The notes beneath the pieces were generated by a model, which worked only from the letters and a program-made list of their open reading frames with translations, made no database searches and was not told where the DNA came from. Made by a program: the position numbers and the translations under genes. A DNA stretch of 63,165 nucleotides, the filler included, from Chiloscyllium plagiosum (Eukaryota), in the NCBI RefSeq assembly GCF_004010195.1. It is 4 parts of one record of this genome, joined end to end, with 100 filler letters (N's around TTAATTAATTAA, not from the genome) between each part and the next. Parts side by side here need not be neighbours in the genome. Positions count along the whole stretch, not along the records: positions 50,277 to 63,165 come from NC_057712.1; 3 more parts are not named here. One strand, written 5' to 3'. Below, piece after piece: positions 50,546 through 63,165 of this stretch (position 1 is its first letter; each line of letters begins with the position of its first letter).

Positions 50546-53415
50546 CATCATGAGCTCAACAAGATAGAGAGTGGTCACCCCTTATGTTGCAAATGTTTTA
50601 GCAAAGAAATGTCTTGTTGGTGAAGGAGTTAGGGAATGAAGAAGTTTATACTAACTGGAGAAAAATGTCCACCCTGCCAGACCTAGGGCTCGCATTGATG
50701 GTTAGGTTTGTGAATACACAGGCTCCCCATGTTTGGGGAACAGATTGCAGACCTGAATATAATTCCAAAGGGCTGAAGTGTTAGTGGATATTCATTGCAT
50801 GCTAATAAATGGACAATAGATTAGTGAGTGAAACCTGACCTGCCTGAAATGTTAGAGTTTTGCCGTTCATTTCTCAGAACCTGTTAGCAAACTGAGCTTT
50901 TCTCTCTCACTCCAAGAGCTTTGGGAAATTCCATCCATTTTTCTTTAACTTGACTGCTTGCTATGCCCAATTAGTAGAATCAATCCAATCCTTCCTATTG
51001 AATGTTTCAAACTTAAGAAAAGGAGAGTGTCTAACTTACACACAATTTCAAAATAGCTTCAATACACTGGCATCTTTGCTTTGTCTACTCAAACAATATA
51101 CTGAACATTGTACCTGCACTGTACCTGTTACTTATATCAACAGGACCTCCAGCTGGATCACAAGATGATTGTCCCAAATTCTCCTGATGATGAGCCTTTC
51201 AGCTTTGAGCTTCAACTGAATGACTTCTGTTTTTCTAAGGTTACTGTTTCACCTCCTACTTCCAGCCTTTCCAATTTATCATTCAAGATAACACATGTAT
51301 ATTTAAAAATTCTTTCTCGACCAATCCAACATTTCTTTTCCAGCCCTAGTGGCTCTTGCAAAGTTGATGAAGAGTTCTGCTGTTCTGAATGGTTTATGAT
51401 TGTGTGTGGCAGGACTGCAGAGGCTGGATCTTGTTTATTAGTTGTGAGGTCCCTTAGTTCTGCTTCTCGCTTTTCTGAGAATTTTTTTATGACTAGCACT
51501 GGCAGATATGTAAAAGATTGACAGACATATTTAATGAAATAATTTAAGGTACCAACTTAAAGATCTTCATGCAAAGTAAGAAACTTTCAAATCATGATTG
51601 GTATTTAAAGTCCATGTTTGTGTACTCAGTGAAAATATTGGCATTATGGAAATATAACTGAATAGAAAATACCAAGAGGTGAAGCAAAGATGGTGGAAAA
51701 TAACTTGAAAAGGGAAATCAATTAATTTGGGATGAGTGCAGCATTATGCGCTGTGACATTATTGGTGATTCTGTCAAAATATGCATAAAGGCAGAAGGAG
51801 AGGTGGCAGAAATAATATGAATAGGAATTCAATAAAAATAAGAACAGCAACATAATAATTGACAATACCTAGCAGCTTCAAGCTTAAGGTGAATAGGTTG
51901 GCAATTAAGAAGGACTGCAAGGTATCATAATGGGGGATTCTAATGCCTAGAGACAAAACAGACAGACTGGAGAGAATTTGGTATAGAAATTAAAAACTAA
52001 GAAATTGAAATAGTCAGTGATTAATCTTAAAGTAAAGGAAAGGTGTGATGATACTGCTTCACTAAATGATTGTTGTACAATTCATTGGAAACCACTCAAT
52101 GAAAACTTAAGGAACAAGCACCATCTTATAATCAAGCACCTCTCATCCTTCTGGGCTCAACAAATACAGACCATGTCCACCATTTCAATTCTGCTCTCTT
52201 TACTAGATACAGATTTGAATCTTGTTTTTCACATTTTTGTTCTTGGACAAAGCTATTCATTACGAAACATACTTATACTGGACCAATGCTTGCTTTCTTT
52301 ACCACACCAATGGGGGTCAAGCTTTGCCTTTAATTCCGAGGTTTTTTTGTCATTCAGTTTCGCTCACCGTCTATCTCATCCTTTACCTACTTATGTTCTA
52401 CCTTCTTCATTCATCTATCAATAGCGTAAACCCCTATTAAGTTTCTACCTTCCTTCAGTTCTGAGGATTCATATTTGATTCAAAACATTAACTCAGTTTC
52501 TCACTCGATAGAAGCTGTCTGGTCCACTGAGTACTTCCAGAACCGTTTCCACATCAGATTCCTGGCTCATTCATTGACAGGGAATAATAGTCTCAATAAT
52601 GACATCTTTAATGTCTTTGCAATGTATGTTGCAAGTAACAAATGTCCCAAGTACTTAATGGAAATGTAGGTCAAGGAGCAGCAGAGCAAGTCGGATAAAC
52701 ACAGAGGCAAAACACGAAGCCATTTAAAGAAAAGAGCTGAGAAAGATATGGATGAAATACTGGAAGCTCTGCCACCAAACAAAGAGTGTAAGGGAATATG
52801 TGGGTTTGATATGCTATTGTAGAATTGTACAGTGTAGGCTGAACCGGGAGGATGTAGAGGGAATGAGTGTGTCCTAAACAATGGAAAGGGATGGAGGGCC
52901 CAGACTTTGATTGTAACTGCCGTCAATTCTGGGTGTATTTCCACTGCATTGCCATTGATATTATTGCTGCAACCTCATGGCTTAAGGTCACTAAATCGGT
53001 TTTAAACCCAAATGGTAGAGTTAATTATATTTCATCCTCCCCCTTCCCTACATCCGTCACCCACCCACCCCCAAACCCAGTCAATAAGTTGGTTGGCACC
53101 ACACAAACTCTCCAGCTGGTTGTCCTGCAGTAGTAATACTCTGAGACATCTTTACTAAGGCAATGGTGGTGCTTTCACCAATCAAAGGAGTTACTGTCCT
53201 TGACTCTTACCACCCAATCTGACTAGCCATTCGCCTTGTAGTCCCATTTGTGCCACAAGCAAGTAGAGGCTGCTGCTGGGACTCGGAGTAACTCCCAAGA
53301 AGTACAAGTGCGTATAGCAGATTTTCAGGTGAAGTCAGCTAGTTTGGTCAAGGTGGAATTGAAGACATCAGATGAGATTAGGTGTGGAAGGAGGAGGGCT
53401 GAGATTGTTATGTCA

Positions 53416-53762
53416 TAGAATATCATAGAAACCCTACAGTGTGGAAACAGGCCATTTGGCCCAACAAGTCTGCACTGAACCTCCAAAGAGTATCCCAGCC
53501 AGACCCATTCCCCTACTCTATTACTCTACATTTCCCCTGACCAATGCACCTAACCTACAAGTCCCTGGATACTATGGACAATTTAACATGGCCAATTCAC
53601 CTAACCTGCACATTTTTGGACTGTGGGAGGGAACCAGAGCACGTGGAGGAAACCCTGCAGACACAGGAAGAATGTGCAAACTCCACACAGACTGTCGTCT
53701 GAGGCTGGTATCAAACCTGGGTCCCTGGCACTATGAGGCAGCAGTGCTAACCACTGAGCCAC
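53416..53762 (-). mobile_element. HE1-type V-SINE
   Basis: As other copies. Confidence 0.88.
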
Positions 53763-54114
53763 ATGTCCAGGCAGAAGACATGGTAGATCTTAAAAGACAC
53801 AGATGACCTTCGTCCAAAAGGGAGGTGTAGAATTTCCTGCCCACTTTCATCCATGCAGTTACTTTACTTCCCCTCTTCCTGGAGCACATATTACTGTGTC
53901 AGAGGCACTGGTCATCATTAGTTGACCATCTGATAATTTCAAAAGCCTAGAGATGAATGCTGACTCCTGACCAACAGAAACATAATATGTGGAATAGGTC
54001 AGAGAATGAGTCGGAGGATGAGGATTTGGTAATCCCCCTCCTCTAGTTTGTTCACAAAACTCCTGCCTTTAAGTACACAGGCAAACTCTGATAAAATTCA
54101 TCCTCAGGTTTTTA

Positions 54115-57100
54115 CATAGAACATAGAGTGCAGCAGAGTAATACAGGCTGTTCAGCCCTCAATGTTCAGCCCTATGCCAACCTGTGAAAATAATCTGATG
54201 CCCATCTAACCTACATCGTTCCATTATTATCCATATATATGTCCAAAGCCCATTTAAATGCACTGAACATTGGCGAGTCTACTACTGTTGTAAGCAGGTT
54301 GTTCCACGCCCCTACTACTCTCTGAGAGAAGAAACTTTCTCTAATATCTGTCCTAAATCTATCACCCCTCAACTTAAAGCTATGTCCCCTCATGTTTGCC
54401 TTCACCATCCAAGGAAAAAGGCTCTCACTGTCCACCCTATCTAAACCTCTGGTTATCTTAAATGTCCCGATTCAGTCACCTCTCAAACTTCTTCTCTCCA
54501 ACAAAAACAGCCTCAAATGCTTCAGCCTTTCCTCATAAGACCTTCCTTCCATACCAGACAACATCCTAATAAATCTCTTCTGAACCCTTTCCAAAGCTTC
54601 CACATCCTTCCTATAATGTGAACTGTAAGCAATACCCCAGGTGTGGCCTTACTAGTATCTTGTACAGCTGAAGCATGACCTCGTGGCTCCAAAACTCAAT
54701 CGCCCTATTAATAAACGCCAGCCCACCGTTTGCCTTCTTATCAACCCTATCAAACTGGGTGGCAAATTTCAGGGATTTATGCACCCGGATACTGAGATGT
54801 CTCTATTCATCTACACTGCCAAGAATTTTTCTATTAGCCCAGTGATCTGTATTCCTATTATTGATGTGAACTACCTCACACTTTTCCACATTAAACTCCA
54901 TTTGTCACTTCTCAGCCCAGCTCTGCATCTTAACTATCTCTCTCTGTAACCCACAAAACATCCTTCTGCACAATACACAACTCTGCCTACTTTAGTGTCA
55001 TCTGCAAATTTACTCATGCATCCTTCTACGCCCACTTCCAGAACATTTATAAAAATGACAAACAGCAGTGGCCCCAAAACAGATCTCTGCAGCATACCAC
55101 TGGTAACTGAGCTCCAGGATAAATATTTTCCATCAATCACCACCCTGCCTTCTTTCAGCTAGCCAATTTTTGATCCAAACTGCAAAATCACCTTCAATCC
55201 CGAAACTCCATATTTTGTGCAATAGCCTATGGTGTGGAACCTTACCAAATGCCTTACTGAAGCCCATATACACCACAGCAACCATTTTACCTTGATCCAC
55301 CTATTTTGTCACCTTTTCGAAGAACTCAATAAGGTTAGTGAGGCACAACCTACCTTTCACAAAACCATGTTGAATATCCCTAATCAAGTTATTCCTTTCC
55401 AGATGTTTATAAATCCTATCTCTTATAATCTTTTCCAACACCTTACCCACAACTGAAGTAAGGCTCACTGGCCTATAATTATCAAGATTGTCCTGACTCC
55501 CCTTCTTAAACAAGGGGATAACATTTGTTATCTTCCAGTCTTCTGTCACTACTCCTGTCGACAATGATGACATAAAGATCAAAGCCAAAGGCTCTGCAAT
55601 CTCCTCCCCGGCTTCCCAGAGAATCCGAGGATAAATCCCATCCAACCCAAGGGTCTTATCTATTTTCAGATCTTCCAAAATTGCTAAAACCTCCTGTTTG
55701 TCAACCTCAATCCCATCTAATCTTGTAGCCTATATCTCCGTATTCTCACAAACATTGCCCTTTTCCATTATGATACTGACAAAAAATATTCATTGAGCAT
55801 ATCCCCTATGTCCTCAGATTCCACACACAACTTTCCACTATTATCTTTGATTGGCTCTAATCTTACTCTAGTCATTCTTTAATTCCTGATATACCTATTG
55901 AAGGCTTTAGGGTTTTCCTTGATCCTATGTGCCAACAACTTCTCATGTTCCCCTCCTGGCTCTTCTTAGTCCTCTCTTTAGATCTTTTCTGGCTAAATTA
56001 TAGCTCTCAAGTCCCCTATCTGAGCCTTCACGCTTCATCCTCACATAAGCCGCTTTCTTCCTCTTGACAAAAGCTTTAATTTCTTTAGTGGCTCCCTCTC
56101 TCGACAACTACCTCCCTGCCTGTTAGGTATAAACTTATCATGTACCTGCAGTAGCTGTTCCTTGCATAAACTCACGTTTCAAGTGTGTCCATCCACTGCA
56201 GTTACCTTCCCCATCCTATGCATCTTTAATCTTGCCTAATCGCATCATAACTGCCTTTCCCTCAGTTATACCTCTTTTCCTGTGGTATATACCTATCTCT
56301 GACCATTGCTATTGTAAATGTATGAGGAGAAAGTGAGGTCTGCAGATGCTGGAGATTAGAGCTGGAAATGTGTTGCTGGAAAAGCGCAGCAGGTCAGGCA
56401 GCATCCAGGGAACAGGAGAATCGACGTTTCGGGCATAAGCCCTTCCTGAAACGTCGATTCTCCTGTTCCCTGGATGCTGCCTGACCTGCTGCACTTTTCC
56501 AGCAACACATTTCCAGCTCTATTGTAAATGTATCCCAATTATGGTCATTATCGCCAAAGTGCTCACCTACCTCTAAACCTGGCCAGGTTCATTCCCTAGG
56601 ATCAAATCCAAAATGGCATCGCCCCGTGTTGACCGGTCTACATACTGTGTCAGAAAACCCTCCTGCACACATTGAACAAAAACTGACTCATCTAAATGAC
56701 TTGAACTATAGTATTCCCAGTCAATGTTGGGGAAGTTAAAGCCACCACCCCCCCTCCCTTAACAACCCTGTTACTCTCACTCCTACTGAGATTCATCTTT
56801 GCTATCTTTTCCTCTCTATCCCTGGAACAATTCGGAGGCATATCGAAAACTCCCAACAGGGTGACCTCTCCTTTCCTGTTTCTAACCTCAGCCCATACTA
56901 CCTCAGTGGATGAGTCTTTGAACGTTCTCTCAGCTGCTGTAATACTACCCATGATTAACATGCCTCACCCCCGGCTCTGTTCTTACTGTAACATATAAAT
57001 CCTGGAATCTGCAACAACTATTCCTGTCCATCCACTAGCCATGTCCCTGAAATGGCCACAACATCGGAATCCCAGGTACCAACCCATGCTGCACCTCATT

Positions 57101-58410
57101 CCGGATGCTCCTGGCATTGAAGTAGTCACATTTCAAACCAAAGTCCTGATTGCCAGTGTCCTCTTGCGACCTTGTAAACCTATCCCTGACCTCACTACCC
57201 TCAACCTCCTGTACATTGGAATTACAATTCAGATTCCCATTCGCCTGCTGCATTAGTTTAAATCCCCCCTGAAGAGCATTAGCAAGTTTCCCCCCAGACT
57301 ATTGGTACCCCTCTGGTTCAGGTGAAGATCATCCTGTTTGAAGAAGTCCCACCTTCCCCAGAAAGAGCTCCAATTATCCAAGAATCCAAAAGCCAACCTC
57401 CTGCACCATCCCTGCAGCCACTTGTTGAGCTTCGCTCCCTCCCTGTTCCTCGTTTCACTAACACGTGGCACAGGCAACAAACCAGAGATAACAACTCTGT
57501 TTCTTCTAGCTTTAAGCTGTCATCCTAGCTCCCTGAATTTATGCCTTAGATCCCCACCTTTCCTCCTACTTATGTTGTTGGTGCCAATGTGGACCACGAT
57601 TGGCAATGCTCCCCCTCCCCCTCAAGGATCCGAAAAACACAATCAGAGACATCGTGAATCCTGCTACCTGGGAGGGGACACCAATTGTGAGTCTCTCTCG
57701 TTCCCACAAAACCTTCTATCTGTCCCCCTAACTGTGGAGTTCCGGATGACTAAAGCTCTGCTCCTCTTCCCCCTTTGCCTCTGAGAAACAAGTACAGAAT
57801 CTGCACCAGAGACCTGTGCCCCATTGCTTAATACCCAACATTGCTAACTTGTTCCTCCCCCAGCAGTATCCAAAATGGTACACTTGTTGTTGAGGGGAAC
57901 CAACCCAGGAGATCCCTGCACTGCCTGCCAGTTCCCTTTCCTACCCCAGATGGTAACCCATCTATCTTCTTCATGTGGCTGTGGAGTAACTACCTCCGTG
58001 TAACTCCTCTCAATATCTCCCGCTACCTCCTGAATGATCCGAAGTTCATCCAGCTCCAGCTTCAATTCCCTAACACGGTTCTAGAGGAGCTGGAGTTGGG
58101 TGCACTTACCACAAATGAAGTCAGCAGGGACCCGAGAGGTGACCATTACCTCCTATATACTGAAGGAGGAACATTCAACAGCCCTAACCTCCATTCCCAC
58201 TATCCTAAATTCCCAGATAGACCTCTGAAAAAATGAAACACGAAAGAAAGCACTTATCTTCCCAACCAATGCAAAGAATGCTCTTTTTGGTTAGAGGAGG
58301 AGGATGAGTGGGAGAGACGACCCGAGTAGTGTTTCGGGTAAAGCAAACGCCCAAATATGTAACCTCGTGACCTCTCCGACAGCCTCCTGCTCGACGTTCC
58401 CACACTTCCT
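54115..58410 (-). mobile_element. Near full-length degenerate CR1 LINE (5' UTR, ORF1 zinc finger + SGNH esterase, ORF2 endonuclease + RT)
   Basis: ORF1 from ATG 58194: MEVRAVECSS...FICGKCTQLQLL..ELKLELDELRII, later WLQGWCRR..FLDNW..DDLHLNQRG; ORF2 FNARSIRN, GLDGIYPRIL, NYRPVSLTSVVGK, SKFADDTKVG; many stops. Confidence 0.93.
56324..56520. mobile_element. Palindromic ORF-less PLE pseudo-LTR insert in CR1 with 13-bp TSD
   Basis: TSD ATTGTAAATGTAT at 56311-56323 and 56521-56533. Confidence 0.9.
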
Positions 58411-60637
58411 GCTGCAGCAACAACAATGTTTTCTACTACAAAACAACATATTCTCATCACTTAATCTGCACCATCAGTACCCTGTCTCCTCCAGCTCTCC
58501 AACCCACTGAGCAGCCACTACTTGCTTCTGGCAATCAGATTGGCTGGCAGTGGTTCCTAACTTTGTCAGGTGAAAGTATCACTATTGCCTCATTAAGGAT
58601 TCCACCCAGAGTTTTCTGCTACAGGACAACCAGCTGCAAAGTCAGTGTGGTGTCAACCAACTTATCGAGTATTGTTTAAATGCTGCTCCCGCACACTTCA
58701 CGACAGATCTGATGAAGAGTCATCTAGACTCAAAATGTTAGTTTGCTTTCTCACTGTGGATGCTGCCTGACATGAAGTGATTTCCAGCTTTTTTGTTTTC
58801 AGTACAGATTCCAGCATCTGCAGTAATTTGCTCATCTATCAATTTACATGACAACCTACTGACTTAGATTAATGTTTTTTCTAATATTGAGTTAACTAAG
58901 GATTAATAATAAATTTCAATCTCAATAACCTGAGCATCTGAACAAAGGAAGGGATGAAAAATTCACCGGTTCTTCATGAAGCCCTGTCACATCTAGGTAG
59001 ATGTGGTGGGAGAGAGAGAGGGGGCAATTGAGCAGAGGACTTTGAGGAGTCAGACATCATGGGGAACTCTTTTCCTGTGATGTCATCAGCTTTTTTGGAA
59101 AGCACCTTTTGGGATACTCCTTTACGTTACTGGTTATGCACTATGACAACTGTTGTTGTGTTATATCTCACAGCGTGCTGCTAATATCACTGTATCATGG
59201 TGTACAACTAGACGGTTTCAAACTCCATTTTAACTGGGGCCACTTGAAGCATGAACTGCTGATGAAAGCTGTTTGTAACTGTTGTTTATATTATTGATAT
59301 TGAAGTGCCTCTTTATTACATGTTGTATATCCAGAGCTGTAATAAACATCTGTTGAATATTTTAGTACCATGTTATTCACACCCAGTTCTGTGATTATGG
59401 CAGCTAACATTAACATTGCCACATCATCTGTTGAAGGCAAAATCCACATCACGGTGACTGTACAAATATGTAACAATAGCATCCACCGGAGTGTCAAGGG
59501 CAAACGCTACCTGTTTCAGGCCACATTATCTATTTAAAAGCCCTGACCTAAGTGCTAAAGTGGTATTTTGAACACCTTTAGGAAGCATTTTATCACTATC
59601 AATCTGTCAAACTATTCATGCCCATTGGGGGAGACAGTGGGAAGAGATCGCATGATTAAAAAGGCAGAGAAAGAAAAAAAACTGAAGAATACATAAAGCT
59701 TGCCTTCAAAAAACACTTGAGAGCATCTCAATAGAAATGCAAAGACTAATGTTAATCCAGTATCTTATGAGAGTTTGCAGTCTCATTGTTTGTATTTTAT
59801 GACCTAAATATTAAATTGAGTGGCTGAATATTCAAAGGCTATTAGATTTGCCATTTATAGCTTCGTTTCAAGTGTTTTAGGCAATGAAAAATGAGTTGGC
59901 CTTTCCAATGTACTGATCTGCTGAGCAGCTGATGGGCAGCTAATTTGCCGGAATTTCCAATATGGAAATACATGCTTGCATTAAGTAGATTTTCTTTTCC
60001 AGCTGCTGAAAATTATGACATTTGAGGATACTATTCCAACTTTAGTGACAGTGTTAATTAATAAGCTGTCTGCCTGGTGTTTACTCTTTTCCATGTAAAA
60101 GCAAAACTCAGATATGGAATTATGATTCTTTCTACTGGGATACAGAGTCTAATATTTTCGAGTGTTCAGGTTTGCTTTAAATTTGATCAAAGCAGGTTAC
60201 TTCAGCCTTGTGCACTTTGCCTGGTAAGGCCAAATTGAGAAACTGATTGAACTTTTGGCATCTGATGTTGAAGGGAAATGACAAGGAGAGTATTTTGTCA
60301 TTGCACAAAGGATGCACTTAGGGCTGTTATAGTGAGTGAAAATTGATGTTGCTCCCTGCTAAGTATTTAATCTACAGTGCTTACTATCAGCCACAATTTA
60401 CACCCTACCTTCTGATAATGACCTTGTACTCTTCCTTCATTCACTTGAAATGTTGCCATTTCTGTCATCAACACAGCAGCTATCTTTCCTGTTCACTACT
60501 AACCACTAGCCTCTCCTTTCCTCCTTTCTTCCTGTCTTCGTTATTTTTCTCTCCTCAATCTTTTCTTCTTCCAATCATCGCCTGTACCAGTTAGACCCCT
60601 TCCATCCTCCCATCACCTGAATTCCTTTAAAGGCAGC

Positions 60638-60842
60638 CATGATTTGAAGGTGTAGGTGTTGGACTGGGGTGGACAAAGTTAAAAATCGCACACCAGGTTA
60701 CAGTCCAACAGGTTTATATGGAAGCACTAGGTTTCGCAGCGCTGCTCCTTCATCAGGTGGTTGTGGAACCTGGAGTACTCCGAAAGCTAGTGCTTCCAAA
60801 TAAACCTGTTGGATTATAACCTGGTGTTGTGTGATTTTTAAC
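60638..60842. mobile_element. Inverted pseudo-LTR doublet of a second PLE family with 13-bp TSD
   Basis: TSD CTTTAAAGGCAGC; arms aaagttaaaaatc...gatttttaacttt; hammerhead-like motif on - strand ~60725-60759. Confidence 0.85.
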
Positions 60843-61499
60843 TTTAAAGGCAGCAGCAGAGAGCTGCCAATTTATAAATTGGTTTTAGATGTTATCTGGT
60901 TTAATATCAGAAACAATTCAGCCAGGCTCCTTTTGTTAAAGAATAACTAGTGTATGACAAAAATGTAATTTACTCAACAAACGTTATTGTCAAAAAAGGG
61001 ATTTAGATGGTACAAAGATATGACTTACTTTCCAGCATTCCATAATTAACAAGGCAATATAAGGAAAAAAAAATGATGATAGTTTAATGGTCAGAGAGGA
61101 GGAATATCACTGAAGAAGTGGTGTTAATGGTAGGGATAATGGGTTCCACTGGGTGGACATGCTAGAATTAGGGTCATGATCTAAAACTGGGGCTAGACTG
61201 TTCTGAAGAGATGTTAAGAAGCACTTCTAAACACGAAAGGTGGAAGTTGTTTGGAACTCTCTTTCACAAACAATAGTGGATGCTAGATCAGTTGATAATT
61301 TTAAATGTGGGAATAATAAATTATTGTTAAGCAAAAGCTATTAAGGGATATGGGCCAGGTCTATGCAGTTAAGCCACCAATCAACCATGATCTCACTGAA
61401 TGGTGAAGCATGGGCTGAATGGCCTTCTTTTGTTCCTATGAGTGAAAAGATTAGCTAGGAAAGGGATATACTCAAAATGAAGAACAGTGTTTAGTGTTT

Positions 61500-62020
61500 G
61501 AAATTGTTGAATTAAATGTTAAACCCTGAAGGCTATAAAATGTTTGTGAGGAAAATGATGTGCTGTTCCTCCAGCTTGCATTGGACTTCTCTGGAGCACT
61601 GCAGAAGACCCAAGACAGAAACAATGACCCAAGACAGAAACAATAACCTGAGAAAAAAAATGGTACATTGAAACATCAAGCAACTAGAACATCAAGGCAT
61701 TCTTACAGTCAGAATCATGGTCTTCTGCAAAGCAGTCACCCCAGTCTGCATTTGGTTTCCCAAATGTAGTGGAAACCATATTATCCGAACGCAGATTGAA
61801 AGTTCAAGCAAATCACTGCTTCACCTGGAAAAGTACTGAGCAAAGCAAGGAAGGGAGAAGGTTAAAGGGCATATGTTACACTTTCTGTGACTGCATGAAA
61901 AGATGCCATGGAGGCATTGAGGAAGTGGTAGGAGTGATGGAGGAGTGGATTAGGATGTGTCATGGAGGAAGCGATCCCTGCAAAATGGTAACAAGGGAAG
62001 GGAGGGGAAGGTGTGTTTGT
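61500..62020 (-). mobile_element. Old PLE GIY-YIG fragment
   Basis: Antisense of YYIWETKCRLG...FAEDH and LEEQHIIF-like segments, similar to 34730-35060. Confidence 0.65.
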
Positions 62021-62907
62021 TTATTGCAACCTGCCAGAGGTGTGGAGGTCTGCCTCAATGATTGTTCAAGTCCTGGTGTGGGTCTGCACTCTGCTGGATC
62101 CATGGAAATTACACTCCAACCCTTACTCACCAGCACAAATCAGGCTTTCCACAAAATGACCTGCACTAAACCCATACTTCCTCTGAATTTGTTTCCTGCA
62201 TTCTAATTTGTTGCATAAATTCTTGTTTAAAGATTTTGACTGTTGTGTTCCGTGGTACTGAATTTATTAGTTGTGAATGGAGTTCTTTTGGCCCACAACT
62301 TTAACAGCAAAGTTAACAGTAGTCCCACCTAACATTGAATCTACTTCTTGTTTTGTCTCTGTTTCCTTCTCCAACAAACTGCAATCCTGGAAATGCTCCT
62401 GAACTGCCTTGAGTGACCTGTAGAAACCTTGGAATCCCATCCTTATTATTAGGTAAAAATTGAACACAACTAATATTTTGGACAGTTAAATATAGCACCC
62501 CTAAGAACTGCCTGGGTGTTGCGATCTTCACCAAGTGCTAGTTCCTGCAGCACAACTGAATAGAACAACAAAACAAAATAAACAGAAAGGAAACCATCAA
62601 AGTCTGTCAGAAAACAACAGCAGGTCCACAGTTTTATTTTTCTTGCCTTTGTACTAAGTCTTTCAATGCTTGATCCAACTATTCCACAATATTGCCAACA
62701 TCTTTGGGCATCTCACATGGAGCAGGAAGTATTCAAACCAATGCTGAACACTTGTAAATGTCAATTGTTGGTAGTGCTCTTGCTGTTGAACCAGCCACTT
62801 GAGAGTTTAAGCTCTCGCCTGTAACTATGCACAGAAGCTACATCAATGCTTTATTGAGAGATGCCAAGTTACAGAATGCGTTTGTTGGTGGTAACATGAA
62901 ACAGAGA

Positions 62908-62999
62908 TGAAAATGTGTTGCTGGAAAAGCACAGCAGGTCAGGCAGCATCCAAGGAACAGGAGAATCGACGTTTCGGGCATGAGCCCTTCTTCAGGAAT
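62908..62999 (-). mobile_element. PLE pseudo-LTR fragment with intact hammerhead motif
   Basis: Reverse complement CCTGAAGAAGGGCTCATGCCCGAAACGTCGA at ~62966-62996. Confidence 0.85.
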
Positions 63000-63165
63000 T
63001 AGATTAGATTAGATTACATTACAGTGTGGAAACAGGCCTTTCGGCCCAACAAGTCCACACCAACCCGCCGAAGCGTAACCCACTCATACCTACATTTACC
63101 CCTTACCTAACACTACGGGCAATTTAGCATGGCCAATTCACCTGACCTGCACATCTTTGGACTGT
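63000..63165 (-). mobile_element. HE1-type V-SINE 3' part (runs off window)
   Basis: (agatt)n tail, nearly identical to 19298-19460. Confidence 0.9.

Noticed and set aside
58320..58352. Hairpin ACCCGA/TCGGGT in the CR1 5' UTR as a possible HDV-like ribozyme
   Set aside because: Could not build the nested double pseudoknot; only a simple stem is visible

Overview
Eukaryotic, repeat-dense genomic DNA, almost certainly from an elasmobranch (shark), judged from abundant HE1-type V-SINEs, HER1/CR1 LINEs, a Deu-domain SINE and shark-type Penelope elements. The window is four segments joined by 100-nt spacers (N44-TTAATTAATTAA-N44), so adjacency across 13245-13344, 29676-29775 and 50177-50276 is not guaranteed. 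No host protein-coding exon could be identified with confidence; nearly all listed ORFs are transposon remnants or noise. Mobile content: CR1 LINEs (one near full length), an L2/Crack-like LINE, Rex1/Babar, Penelope-like elements (PLEs), solo LTRs with 4-bp target-site duplications (TSDs), a Tc1/mariner (Tigger-like) MITE and three decayed Harbinger Myb/SANT genes. Between the repeats lie AT-rich, homeobox-motif-dense unique blocks that look like conserved non-coding elements of a gene desert or large intron. The most interesting items are: (1) over a dozen minimal hammerhead-ribozyme motifs in several PLE terminal-repeat families, many in tiny ORF-less inserts with 12-14 bp TSDs; (2) an orphan ~0.85 kb coding-like segment (28650-29507) whose minus-strand frame weakly resembles the paramyxovirus nucleoprotein core, a possible endogenous viral element that is unverified; (3) several templated or complex duplications. 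Most element boundaries were read by eye and are approximate.
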